Shown: positions 1 to 9,122 of the stretch, one piece after another
How the letters are laid out: the number at the start of each line of letters is the position of its first letter
How positions within the stretch are numbered: position 1 is the first letter of the stretch
From: an uncultured Chloroflexia bacterium
GTDB taxonomy: Bacteria > Chloroflexota > Limnocylindria > Limnocylindrales > CSP1-4
Assembly: GCA_963837825.1 (NCBI GenBank)
Contig: CAWIOR010000015.1
Location: 710,235 to 774,234 of the forward strand
Direction of reading: 5' to 3'
DNA length: 64,000 nt
The notes under the pieces: generated by a model
Told to the model about the DNA's origin: nothing
Database searches by the model: none
The model's input: the letters and a program-made list of their open reading frames with translations, nothing else
Made by a program: the position numbers and the translations under genes

Positions 1-869
1 CGTTCGCCATCCCCCGGCCCGAGATCGCGATCTCGGGGGCGCTCCACGTCTCGTCCGGGTCGCCGTCCTCGTGGCTGGTCAGGTAGAACGCACCGTCGCC
101 GCGGCTGCTCCACAGGACGCCGACCCGACCCGGGCCGTAGGCCACGACTGGCGGCGACGTCGTCGGCGGTGACCAGGCTGCCGGGAGCCGGCAGGGCGAA
201 CGGCTGGCCCCAGAACAGGTCGTCGCCGGTCGGTCCGGTTGACCTTGACCTGGCCGTCGTCGGCGATGTAGGTCGTCCACAGCTTGCCGGTCGTGTCCTG
301 GGCCAAGACCATCGAGTCGACGCCGGCGTCGGTGATCCGGATCGGGAAGTTCGGGCTCGAGCGTGAAGGTCCGGGTCGTGGCGTCGAAGCTGTAGCGGAT
401 CAGGCGGGCCGCGCCGGATGCCGACTGTCGAGGGCGCGGCGCTGACGATGTAGAGGTGCTTGTCGCGGGCGTCCCACAGGCAGTCCGGCTGGGCGTTCGG
501 GCGCTCGTCGATGAGGGTGCCGGTGTCGCGCCAGGACTTCCCGCGGTCGACCAGCTCGTAGATGTGGTACGTCCGGCTGCGCGGCTCGAGCATCGCCGCC
601 CACCACGACCCCTCGGCGACCCACAGCTTGGACTGCGCACCGTGGCCGGTCGGCGACGATGGGCCGCCCGGTCCGACGACCTGGTCGAGGTAGGTGGCGG
701 CGACCGGCTCGGACGGCAGGGCCGGAGTCGGGCTCGGCCGGTTCGAGCTCGGGCTCGCGCTGGCGCCCGGCCCGCCCTGGGTCCCCGGCGTGGTCGCAGC
801 GGTCCAGACGATCGCGACGGTCAGGGCGGCGATCGCCCCGAGGCCGAGGAGCTTGATCCGGTTCGACAT
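1..869 (-). CDS. Secreted/membrane-anchored propeller-like protein, N-terminal part only (gene runs off the left edge); interrupted by frameshifts
   Basis: Minus-strand ATG at 869-867 preceded by GGAG. N-terminus MSNRIKLLGLGAIAALTVAIVW (signal/anchor), then SKLWVAEGSWWAAMLEPRSRTYHIYEL. Continuation lies in other frames (ORF 79..312: LAQDTTGKLWTTYIADDGQVKVN). Same motif order as the N-terminal domain of the 15575-18401 protein. Confidence 0.45.
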   Translation of the reverse strand, partial: MSNRIKLLGLGAIAALTVAIVWTAATTPGTQGGPGASASPSSNRPSPTPALPSEPVAATYLDQVVGPGGPSSPTGHGAQSKLWVAEGSWWAAMLEPRSRTYHIYELVDRGKSWRDTGTLIDERPNAQPDCLWDARDKHLYIVSAAPSTVGIRRGPPDPLQLRRHDPDLHARARTSRSGSPTPASTRWSWPRTRPASCGRPTSPTTARSRSTGPTGDDLFWGQPFALPAPGSLVTADDVAASRGLRPGSGRRPVEQPRRRCVLPDQPRGRRPGRDVERPRDRDLGPGDGE

Positions 870-999
870 GCGCTCCGATCTCCGCGCCCCGCCCCCGACA
901 CTCGGACGGGCGAATGGCGGCGGCGAGTATACGTCCCGGCCGGTCGCGACCCCGGGACGCGATGGACCGTGACCGGTCGTCGCCTCCTATAGTGGCCCG

Positions 1000-1267
1000 A
1001 TGCAGCAGGTCATCCTGTTCTCCGGGCTCGCCGGCCTGATCGGCGGGCTCGCCGCTGGTCGCGTCGCGCTGGACGTTCGGCGCGGGATCCGCCGGCAAGC
1101 GCCTGGTGCTCGGGGTCATCCCCGGGCTCGCCGGCGCGGTGCTCGTCGGGGTCTGGCAGACGGACCTGATGCCGGACCAGATGGAGTCCGCCCTGCTGCC
1201 GTTCCTGCTCGGGATCGGGTCGTTCGCCATCGGGCTGCTCGTCCTGCTCGAGCTCCGGGCTCGTTGA
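1000..1267 (+). CDS. Small two-TM membrane protein (one frameshift near 1080)
   Basis: ORF 1000..1275 starts MQQVILFSGLAGLIGGLAAGRVAL. A second frame continues GKRLVLGVIPGLAGAVLVGVWQTDLMPDQMESALLPFLLGIGSFAIGLLVLLELRAR, stop TGA 1265-1267. High GC3 in both pieces. Confidence 0.35.
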
Positions 1268-1282
1268 CGGGCTGACCGGCGG

Positions 1283-2423
1283 ATGACCGAACGTTCCGCC
1301 GGCAGGACCGGCCGACTTCGACCTGCACGGCGCCGTCGGCATCCGCCTGACCGGTGCCACGCCGAGCGACCTGGCGGCGGTCCGCCGCCAGCTCGGGCCG
1401 ATCGAGCGGGCGCTGACCCGCCCGCCCGAGATCGAGATCGAGTACGTCGATCGGCTGCCGGCCGACGGTCCGCTCCGGTCGATCGGCCGCGACGACGCCG
1501 CGTTCGACCGGTCGACCTTCGTCATCCTGCGCGGGCGGTTCAAGGCGCCCGTCCGGGTGGCCGATCCCGCTCGACCGCGTCGGCGGCCCGTGCCGGATCG
1601 TGGCCGAGCGTGGGGTCGGGACGATCCCGCTCCTCGTCCCGATCGTCAACCTCACCGCGCTCGGACGAGGCCTCCTGCCGATCCACGCCTCGGCCTTCGT
1701 CCACGCCGGGCTGGGCGTGCTCGTCACCGGCTGGGCCAAGGGCGGCAAGAGCGAGGTCCTGCTGGCCTTCGCCGCGCGCGGTGCGTCGTACGTCGGCGAC
1801 GAGTGGGTCTACCTGGCCGACGACGGGAGCCGGATGGTCGGGCTGCCCGAGCCGATCCGGCTGTGGGACTGGCAGCTCCGGGCGATGCCCGAGTTCGCCG
1901 CCCGGCTGACGCGCGGCCAGCGCGCTCGGCTCGCCTCGACCCGGGCCCTCGGGGTCGGCGCTCGGAGGCGCGGCCGGGGCACCGGTCGTCCGTTCGACCG
2001 CCGGCGGCCGGACGCTCCGTCGCGCTGCGCCCGTACGTGGATCGGCAGCTCGACGTCCAGATCCCGCCGGCGCGGCTGTTCGGTGGCCGGGTCCTGGCCG
2101 ACGGCGCCCCGCTCGACCGGGTCGTCTTCGTCGAGAGCGCGACGATGAGCCGCGGATCACGGTCGAGCCGATCGACGGCGCCGAGATCGCCCGCCGGATG
2201 GTCCACTCGATCCGCCACGAGTGGCTCGACCTGTGGACCGCCTACCTCAAGTGGCGCTACGCCTTCCCCGAGCGGCCCAACCCGGTCCTCGAGGGGCTCG
2301 AGGCGACCCTTGGCCGAGCGCCTGGACCGGGCCCTCGCGGGCCGGCCCGCGGTCGCCCTCCGCCACCCCTACCCGCCGGACATCCCGGCGCTCGCGGATG
2401 CCCTGGCGCCCCACCTCGGCTGA
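1283..2423 (+). CDS. HprK-related (HPr kinase C-terminal domain-like) P-loop kinase, interrupted by several frameshifts
   Basis: Stitched: DLHGAVGIRLTGATPSDLAAVRRQLGPIE...FVILRGRFKAPVRV, then ORF 1600..2148 (LLPIHASAFVHAGLGVLVTGWAKGGKSEVLLAFAARGASYVGDEWVYL; HprK-type G-x4-GKSE loop), then pieces in ORFs 2198.. and 1557..2423 (HEWLDLWTAYLKWRYAFPE ... RHPYPPDIPALADALAPHLG stop). Confidence 0.5.
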
Positions 2424-2444
2424 CGGCGCCGGTTCGGTGCCGAG

Positions 2445-2582
2445 GGGCAACGGTTCTTCGCCGATCGGGCCATCCGGAGCCCGCCGAAGGTCCCATCAGC
2501 GCGGCCGAATCCGTACACTGGTCTCTCCGCGCCGCTCAGTCTCCAGTCCATCCGACGCGAGGGTCAGGGGGAACCGTTGCCC
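2445..2582 (+). other. 138-nt intergenic element closed by a perfect 12-bp inverted repeat (candidate structured RNA)
   Basis: GGGCAACGGTTC (2445-2456) and GAACCGTTGCCC (2571-2582) are exact reverse complements. Internal hairpins: CGGGC-N8-GCCCG (2466-2483) and GCGCGG-N22-CCGCGC (2499-2532). Lies in the only sizeable gap (2424-2633) of the operon. Confidence 0.35.
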
Positions 2583-2633
2583 ACCGACCGCGAGACGCTC
2601 GCACGTGCGCAGCCGCGGTCGCGACGCCGACCG

Positions 2634-3352
2634 ATGGTGACCGTCGCGCTCGTCGGGCCCGACGGCGCCGGCAAGTCGACCGTCGCCCGGCGGGTGGTGG
2701 CCGAGCTGCCGTTCCCGGCCCGACGCGTGTACATGGGCGTGAACCTCGAGGCCAGCTCGACGATGCTCCCGACCACCCGCCTGGCGCTGGCCGTGAAGCG
2801 CGCCCGCGGCGGTCGACCGGACATGACCGGCCGGACGGGCTGCGGGCCGGGCGATCCGGAGCCGGCGCCGACGCGGCCGGCTGGCCGGGCTGCGGGCCGA
2901 GCCTGCGGATGGCGAACTGGATCGCCGAGGAGTGGTACCGCCAGGCGATCGCGGCCGTCCACCAGCGACGCGGCCGGGTGGTCGTGTTCGACCGCCACTT
3001 CTTCTGCGACTACTATGCTCACGACGTGGTCGACCGCCCGGGACGATCGCTGGCCGGCCGGGTGCACGGGTTCAACCTTCGTCGGCTCTACCCGAGACCC
3101 GACCTGGTCGTCCTCCTCGACGCCCCGGCGGAGGTCCTCCACGCCCGGAAGGGCGAAGGCTCGATCGAGACGCTCGAGGCGCGCCGACAGGAGTACCTCG
3201 GGCAGGCCGGTCTGTTCCGGCGGTTCGTCGTCGTCGATGCCAGCCAGCCGACCGAGGCGGTCGTGGCCGCCGTCCGAGCCCGGATCGTGGAGTTCGTGCG
3301 CGGCGCCCCGGGGGTCCCGGCCGCGGCCGTCGTGCCTGGAGGTGGTCAGTGA
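2634..3352 (+). CDS. P-loop nucleoside/nucleotide-kinase-like protein (thymidylate-kinase fold), one or two frameshifts near 2830-2900
   Basis: ATG 2634: MVTVALVGPDGAGKSTVARRVV (Walker A) in the ORF 2577.. frame. C-terminal two thirds lie in the ORF 2198..3352 frame (NWIAEEWYRQAIAAVHQRRGRVVVFDRHFFCDYY...PDLVVLLDAPAEVLHARKGEGS). Stop TGA 3350-3352 overlaps the next gene's GTG (GTGA). Confidence 0.55.
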
Positions 3353-4314
3353 GGATCCTCGTCGCCAGCCCGATCGACCCCGACGCCCTCAGCCGGCTGC
3401 AGGCGGACAACGACGTGGCGGTCGCCTTCGGGGCGCCCGAGGACGAGCTCCGCCGGCTGGTGGTCGACCGGGAGGCGATCGTCTTCCGGAGCGGCGTCGC
3501 GATCAGCTCGGAGGTCCTGGCCGCCGGTACCGACCTCCGCCTCCTGGTCCGGGCCGGCTCGGGCCTCGACAACCTCGACGTCGCCCAGGTCCGGCGACGC
3601 GGGATCGAGCTCCGACGGATCCCGGGGCCTGGCGCCCAGGCCGTCGCCGAGCTGACCTTCGGGCACATGCTGAGCCTGGCTCGCGGGATCGCCCTCGGTG
3701 ACCGACTGCTCCGCCAGGGCCACTGGGCGAAGACCGAGCTGGTCGGCTACAACCTGACCGGCAAGACCCTCGGCATCGTCGGACTGGGCTCGATCGGCAG
3801 CCGGGTGGCGGCCCTTGGGATCGCCTGGGGGATGCACCCGGTCGGCTGCGTCGAGACGCCCAGTCCGCACCGGGTGGAGGAGTTCGCAGCCCACGGGATC
3901 GTGCTGACCGAGCTCGACGAGGTCCTCGCCGCGGCCGACTTCCTGACCATCCACGTCCCGCTCAACGACCGGACCCGGGGGCTGATCGGGCGTGCGGAGC
4001 TGGCCCGGCTCAAGCCGGGGGCGTTCGTCGTCAACGTCGCCCGGGGCGGGGTCGTCGACGAGGCTGCCCTGTACGACGAGCTCCAGCCCGGCGGCCGGGT
4101 CCGGGCGGCCGGCCTGGACGTCCATGTCAACGAGGGCGAGGGCAAGGTCTCGCCGCTGGCGAGCCTGCCCAACGTCGTTCTCACCCCTCACATCGGCGCG
4201 TCGACCGTCGACGCCCAGCGCGAGATCGGCCGGGAGGTCGTCGCGATCTTCGAGGGGTACCACCCGGCGAAGGAGGATCCGGCCATGGGCGATGCCATCG
4301 CCGAACGAGCATGA
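3349..4314 (+). CDS. D-isomer-specific 2-hydroxyacid dehydrogenase (SerA/PGDH-like); candidate phosphonopyruvate reductase
   Basis: Intact 321 aa. NAD-binding GKTLGIVGLGSIGSRVA. Catalytic-domain motifs FLTIHVPL, FVVNVARGGVVDE, VLTPHIGAST. GTG 3349 overlaps the upstream stop and its own stop overlaps the ATG of the PepM-like gene. Confidence 0.85.
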   Translation: MRILVASPIDPDALSRLQADNDVAVAFGAPEDELRRLVVDREAIVFRSGVAISSEVLAAGTDLRLLVRAGSGLDNLDVAQVRRRGIELRRIPGPGAQAVAELTFGHMLSLARGIALGDRLLRQGHWAKTELVGYNLTGKTLGIVGLGSIGSRVAALGIAWGMHPVGCVETPSPHRVEEFAAHGIVLTELDEVLAAADFLTIHVPLNDRTRGLIGRAELARLKPGAFVVNVARGGVVDEAALYDELQPGGRVRAAGLDVHVNEGEGKVSPLASLPNVVLTPHIGASTVDAQREIGREVVAIFEGYHPAKEDPAMGDAIAERA

Positions 4315-5207
4315 ACCGCGCAGATCGCAAGCGAGCAACGCTCCGCGCCGGGCTCGCCGAGCCGCGGGCGGTCGTGGCCGTCGGCGCCCACGATGCCCTC
4401 AGCGCGAAACTCATCGGCAAGTACGGGTTCGACGCGGTGTGGGTCAGCGGCTTCGGCGTGGCCACGATGGCCCATGCCCTGCCCGACCTCAACCTGACGA
4501 CGATGACCGAGGCCCTGGCCGCCGCGGTCCGGATCGACGGGGCCACCGAGTTGCCGGTCATCGCCGACGTCGACAACGGCTTCGGTGGCCTGGGCAACGT
4601 CGTCCGGACGCTCGTCGAGTACGAGCGGGCGGGGATCTCGGCGATCTCGGTCGAGGACAACCTGTTCCCGAAGCGGAACAGCCTGTACACCGGCGAGTCG
4701 AAGCGTGAGCTCATCCCGCGCGACGAGCAGGCCCGCCGGATCAGGGCGGCCAAGCGCTTCCAGGACGGCGACGGGTTCATGCTCATCGCCCGGGTCGAGA
4801 GCCTCATCGCCGGACACGGCGTCGAGGACGCCTGCGCACGGGCCGACGCCTACGTCGAGGCCGGCGCGGACGCGATCCTCATCCACTCGCGGGACAAGAC
4901 GCTGGCCGAGATCGAGGGCTTCCTCGGCGCCTGGAAGGGGCTGGGCTCCGTCCCGCTGGTGGCCGTCCCGACCCTCTTCCCGACGTTCACCTCGGAGCAG
5001 CTCTACGGCAAGGGCTTCAACCTGGTGATCCTGGCCAACCACCCGATGCGGGCGGCGGTCAAGGCGATGGAGGAGACCCTCGAGGGGCTCGCCCGGGCCG
5101 GTCGGGCCGCCGACGTCGACCCGACCATCGCGACCGTCGACCACGTCTTCGATCTGGTCGGCACCAAGGAGGCCATCGCCCTCGAGGACGAGGTCGGAGG
5201 CGGCTGA
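4311..5207 (+). CDS. pepM: Phosphoenolpyruvate mutase-like enzyme (ICL/PEP-mutase superfamily)
   Basis: Intact 298 aa. GAHDALSAKL..GFDAVWVSGF, PVIADVDNGFGG, and SVEDNLFPKRNSL, which matches the PepM-diagnostic ED(K)-x5-NS motif except K to N. Lacks the KRCGH loop of isocitrate/methylisocitrate lyases. Confidence 0.75.
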   Translation: MNRADRKRATLRAGLAEPRAVVAVGAHDALSAKLIGKYGFDAVWVSGFGVATMAHALPDLNLTTMTEALAAAVRIDGATELPVIADVDNGFGGLGNVVRTLVEYERAGISAISVEDNLFPKRNSLYTGESKRELIPRDEQARRIRAAKRFQDGDGFMLIARVESLIAGHGVEDACARADAYVEAGADAILIHSRDKTLAEIEGFLGAWKGLGSVPLVAVPTLFPTFTSEQLYGKGFNLVILANHPMRAAVKAMEETLEGLARAGRAADVDPTIATVDHVFDLVGTKEAIALEDEVGGG

Positions 5208-5213
5208 CGGTCG

Positions 5214-6480
5214 ATGGCCGAGCGTCCCGCGACGCCGCCGACCCATCCGGCGGTCGTCGTCGCCCTCGACTGCATCACCGGGCTGCAGACGGCCCGGATC
5301 CTGGCCGCCCGCGGCGTGCCGGTCTTCGGGGTGGCTGCGGACCGGCGTCACTTCTGCGCCCGGACCCGGGTCGTCCGGCGCGTCGTCGAGAGCCCGACCT
5401 CGGGCGACGCGCTGATCGCGACCCTCGAGCGGCTTGGCCCCCAGCTGGGGGATCCGGCGACCGGCGGGCCCGCGGTCCTCGTCCCGTGCTCGGATGCATC
5501 GGTCCTGGCGATCTCGGCCGGACGCGACCGCCTGGCGCCGTGGTTCCGGTTCGTCCTCCCCCCGCACGACGTCGTCGAGCTGCTGATGGACAAGATCCGG
5601 TTCACCGAGCATGCCCAGGCCCACGGCCTGGCGATCCCGACGACCCGGATCCTGCGCAGCCGGGCGGATGCCGAGGCCGCGGCCGTCGAGCTCGACTACC
5701 CGGCCGTCATGAAGCCCGGGCTGAAGACCGCCCGCTGGCAGGCGGCGACCAAGGCCAAGGTCTTCCGGGTCGAGGACGCGGCCGAGCTGTTGGCGACCTA
5801 CGACCGCTGCGCCGAGCTGGACCGATGTCCTCATCGCCCAGGAGTGGGTCGACGGCGGCGAGGCCGACCTCTACTCGTCGAACGTCTACTTCGACCGCGC
5901 CTCGCAGCCCGCAGGTCACGTTCATCGCCCGGAAGATCCGCCAGTGGCCGGTCGAGACCGGGACGAGCTGCCTCGGGCAGGAGGTCCGCAACGACGCCGT
6001 CCTCGACGAGTCGATCCGGCTGTTCGGGAGCGTCGCCTACCAGGGTCTCGGCTACCTCGAGATGAAGCGCGACGCGCGGACCGGCCGCCACTTCATCATC
6101 GAGCCGAACATCGGCCGGCCGACCGGACGCTCCCCGATCGCCGAGCGGGGCGGCGTCGAGCTGATCATGACCGCCTACCGCGACGCGCTCGGCGAGCCGC
6201 TCCCGACGGCCCGGGTCCAGCGCTACCGGGGCGTCAAGTGGATCTACTGGCGCCACGACCTGCAGGCCTCGATCGTGGCGGCCCGACACGGGCGCCTGTC
6301 GCTGCGCGGCTGGTGGCGGTCGGTCCGCGGCCCCAAGATCGAGGCGGTCGGCTCGTGGCGCGACCCGGTCCCGTTCCTGGTCGACGGCTGGCGGACGCTG
6401 ACCGCCGTCGGCGGCCGGCGCCGGCCGACGTGCGGTCCGCCCGACCGGCCGGGCCCGATCCCGTTCGCGGGGAGGCCTGA
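5214..6480 (+). CDS. ATP-grasp domain ligase (frameshifted near 5820 and 5910; 3' end uncertain)
   Basis: ORF 5214..6065: VVALDCITGLQTARILAARGVPVFGV...DKIRFTEHAQAHGLAIPTT...LDYPAVMKPG. Short middle piece in another frame (DVLIAQEWVDGGEADLYSSNVYF). ORF 5486..6595 frame: CLGQEVRNDAVLDESIRLFGSVAYQGLGYLEMKRDARTGRHFIIEPNIGRPTG. Confidence 0.6.
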
Positions 6481-7479
6481 GTGGCCGCGACCCGCGACGC
6501 GGCGGCAGCGGTCGCCGCCACGCCGGTCTTCGGCGGGATCGTCCGCGCCCTCGAGGCGGTCGACCGGGATCGGCCCGACATCCTGCCGGTCCTGACCTAC
6601 CACCGCGTCGCCGAGCCGGACGACGACCACTACCCGGGCCTGATCAGCGCCAGCCCCGACTGGGTTCGCCGAGCAGGTCGAGGCGCTCGGCCGGCGGTTC
6701 TCGTTCGTCGGGCTCGACCGGTCCTCGACCGCCAGGCCGGCGGGCGGCCGATCCCGCCCCGGTCGATCCTGCTGACCTTCGACGACGCCTACCGCGACTT
6801 CGCCGAGTCGGCCTGGCCGGTCCTCAGGGCTCGCGGGATCCCGGCCGTCCTGTTCGTGCCGACGGCCTTCCCGGACAGCGGCCTGCGCGTTCTGGTGGGA
6901 CCGGCTCTACGCGGCGCTCATCCGGACCGACGCGGACCGAACCGCTCGAGACCGCCGGCGGGGCCGCTCGCCATCGCCACCCGGGCCGACCGGGCTCGCG
7001 GCGTTCCGGACGCTCCGCGGGCAGCTCAAGCGGCTCGCCCACCCGGCGGCGATGGCCGAGGTCGACCGCCTGGTCGACGGGCTCGGCGGTCCCGCCGCTC
7101 GGGTCGTCCGTCCTCGGCTGGGACGAGCTGCGCCGGCTGGCCGCCGAGGGCGTCACGCTCGCCCCGCACTCGCGCGTCCATCCCCTGCTCGAGCGGGTCG
7201 ACCCGGCCGAGCTCGATGCCGAGATCGACGGCTCGCGGACGGACCTCGTGCGCGAGATCGGACTCGCCCCGGCGGCCTTCGCGTATCCCAGCGGGAGCCA
7301 CTCGGACGCCGTCGTCGCGCGGGTCCGAGGCGCTCGGGATCCAGGCGGCGTTCACGACGGTCCGCGGGGTGAACGACCTTCGCCGGGCGGATTGGCTGCG
7401 GCTCCGACGGATCAACGTCGGCGGTCGCTCGAGCCCGGCGCTCATCCGGGCGCAGGCCCTCGGCTGGCTGGCTCGCTGA
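6481..7479 (+). CDS. Polysaccharide deacetylase (NodB/CE4 family), several frameshifts
   Basis: ILPVLTYHRV, SILLTFDDAYRDFAESAWPVLRARGIPAVLFVPTAF, later pieces WDELRRLAAEGVTLAPHSRVHPLL (other frame), FAYPSGSHSD, GIQAAFTTVRGVN...RINVGG. Stop at 7477-7479. Confidence 0.65.
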   Translation: MAATRDAAAAVAATPVFGGIVRALEAVDRDRPDILPVLTYHRVAEPDDDHYPGLISASPDWVRRAGRGARPAVLVRRARPVLDRQAGGRPIPPRSILLTFDDAYRDFAESAWPVLRARGIPAVLFVPTAFPDSGLRVLVGPALRGAHPDRRGPNRSRPPAGPLAIATRADRARGVPDAPRAAQAARPPGGDGRGRPPGRRARRSRRSGRPSSAGTSCAGWPPRASRSPRTRASIPCSSGSTRPSSMPRSTARGRTSCARSDSPRRPSRIPAGATRTPSSRGSEALGIQAAFTTVRGVNDLRRADWLRLRRINVGGRSSPALIRAQALGWLAR

Positions 7480-7556
7480 AGCGGGCGCCGATCGAGTTGA
7501 TGGTAGGCTGCGGGCTCCGAGGACCGTGCCGTCAGGGACGGTCGGCGGCGCCCGCT
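7480..7556 (+). terminator. GC-rich hairpin right after the deacetylase stop (11-bp perfect stem, 55-nt loop with an inner CCGTC-AGG-GACGG hairpin); intercistronic structure or terminator
   Basis: AGCGGGCGCCG (7480-7490) pairs with CGGCGCCCGCT (7546-7556). The GGAGGA SD of the next gene follows at about 7561. No U-tract. Confidence 0.3.
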
Positions 7557-7572
7557 CGATGGAGGAACCTAG

Positions 7573-9122
7573 GTGGAGCTCTCGGGCTACTTCGCGGTCG
7601 CGCGACGCTGGTGGTGGACGCTGCTCGTGGCCGCCTGGGTCGCCGGGCTCGCCGGTTTCTACGTCGCGAGCCGGATCGCAGCCGACCTACGAGTCGCAGG
7701 TCAAGCTGCTGGTCGGGCCGATCAACACCGACGCCGACACGCTGCGGGCGTCCGGCCAGCTGGTCCAGACCTACGCCCAGCTCGTGACGACGCGGATCGA
7801 TCCTCGAGCCGACGCTCGCGCGAGCTCGGCCTGACCGACAGATCTCGTCCGAGCGTGCTCGCGGCGAACACCCGGGTCACCGCCAACGACGTCACCCGGG
7901 TCCTGACGATCCGGGTCCAGGACGGCGAATCCGAGCGGGCGGCCGACCTGGCCAACGGGATGGCCGACCACGATGATCCAGATCTCGAGGAGCGGGGTCA
8001 ACCGTCCGGAGGGCGCCCTGTCCTATCATCCAGGAGGCGGTGCCGAACCCGAACCCGGTGGCGCCCGCAGGTCTCGCTGATCGTCCTCCTGGCGACGGCC
8101 GCGGGGATCCTCGCCGCGATCGTCCTCGTCCTCCTCATCGAGTACCTCAGCCGGAGCATCCGGACCCGCGAGGAGCTGGCCCGGCTGGCCGGCGCGCCCG
8201 TCCTCGGCTCGGTCCCCGCTCCGGCAGGGGGAACCCCGACCCGAAGCGACCTGGTCGACGAGGCGTCGTCCGCGGCGACCGTCTACCGGGTGCTCGCCGC
8301 CCGGATCGTCTACGGCGACCCGAGCGAGATCCTCCACAGCGTGGCCGTCGTCGACGCCGAGTCGGAGACCGGCGTCGGCGGTCGTCGCGATCAACCTCGG
8401 CCGGGCCCTGGCCCGGCTCGGGCGGCGGGTCGTCGTCATCGACGGCGGGAGCCGCGGCGAGCCTGGCCGCGCTGTACGGGGTCGAGCCGGCTCCCGGGCA
8501 TCCGCGACATCCTCGAGCCGCGAGGTCCAGCCGCGGTCGGCGATGCGGATGATCGGCGAGCGGCTCGCGCTCATCCCGGCCGGCTACGAGGGCGGCGACC
8601 TGATCGACCCCGAGCGGGCCGAGGCCGTCGTCCACGAGCTCCTCGCCTACGGCCGACGTGGTCATCGTCGCGACGCCACCCGTCCAGGCCGGTCCCGGCG
8701 GCCCTGTCGTGGGCCCGGGCGGTCGACGGACCGTCCTCGTCGCCCGCCGCGACCACGCCCGACGCGAGGACGTCGCGGCCGCCGCCGAGACCCTCGTCCA
8801 CGTCGGCGGCAGCCTCATCGGGACGATCCTCGCCGAGCGCCCGGCGCCGCTGGCCGGGCTGTTCGGTCGCGGTCGCTCGGGCTCGTCGCGGGCGCGTGTC
8901 GCCGTCCGCGCCGATGGCGAGCCCGATGGCGACGCCGATGGTCGAGCCGGTCGCGACCGCCACGCCGACGCCCGGCCCCGGACCGCGCCCAGCTCGTCCG
9001 CGACCGTCCGGCGGCGGGCCGTCGCCTACGACACCCGTCGTCGGCTCCGCCCGACGATCGTCCGGGCGAGTGCGCCGGCCGACGCCGGTCGAGCCGCCGA
9101 GGTGCCGCAGTCGCACCGGTGA
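7573..9122 (+). CDS. Polysaccharide co-polymerase (Wzz-type chain-length determinant) fused to a CapB/MinD-like P-loop ATPase domain; many frameshifts, 3' end uncertain
   Basis: GGAGGA-N6-GTG 7573. TM1 WWWTLLVAAWVAGLAGFYV. PTYESQVKLLVGP and VTANDVTRVLTIRVQD (Wzz-like). TM2 LIVLLATAAGILAAIVLVLLIEY. Then VVAINLGRALARLGRRVVVID...VVIVATPP...VLVARRD. No C-terminal tyrosine cluster seen. Confidence 0.55.
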
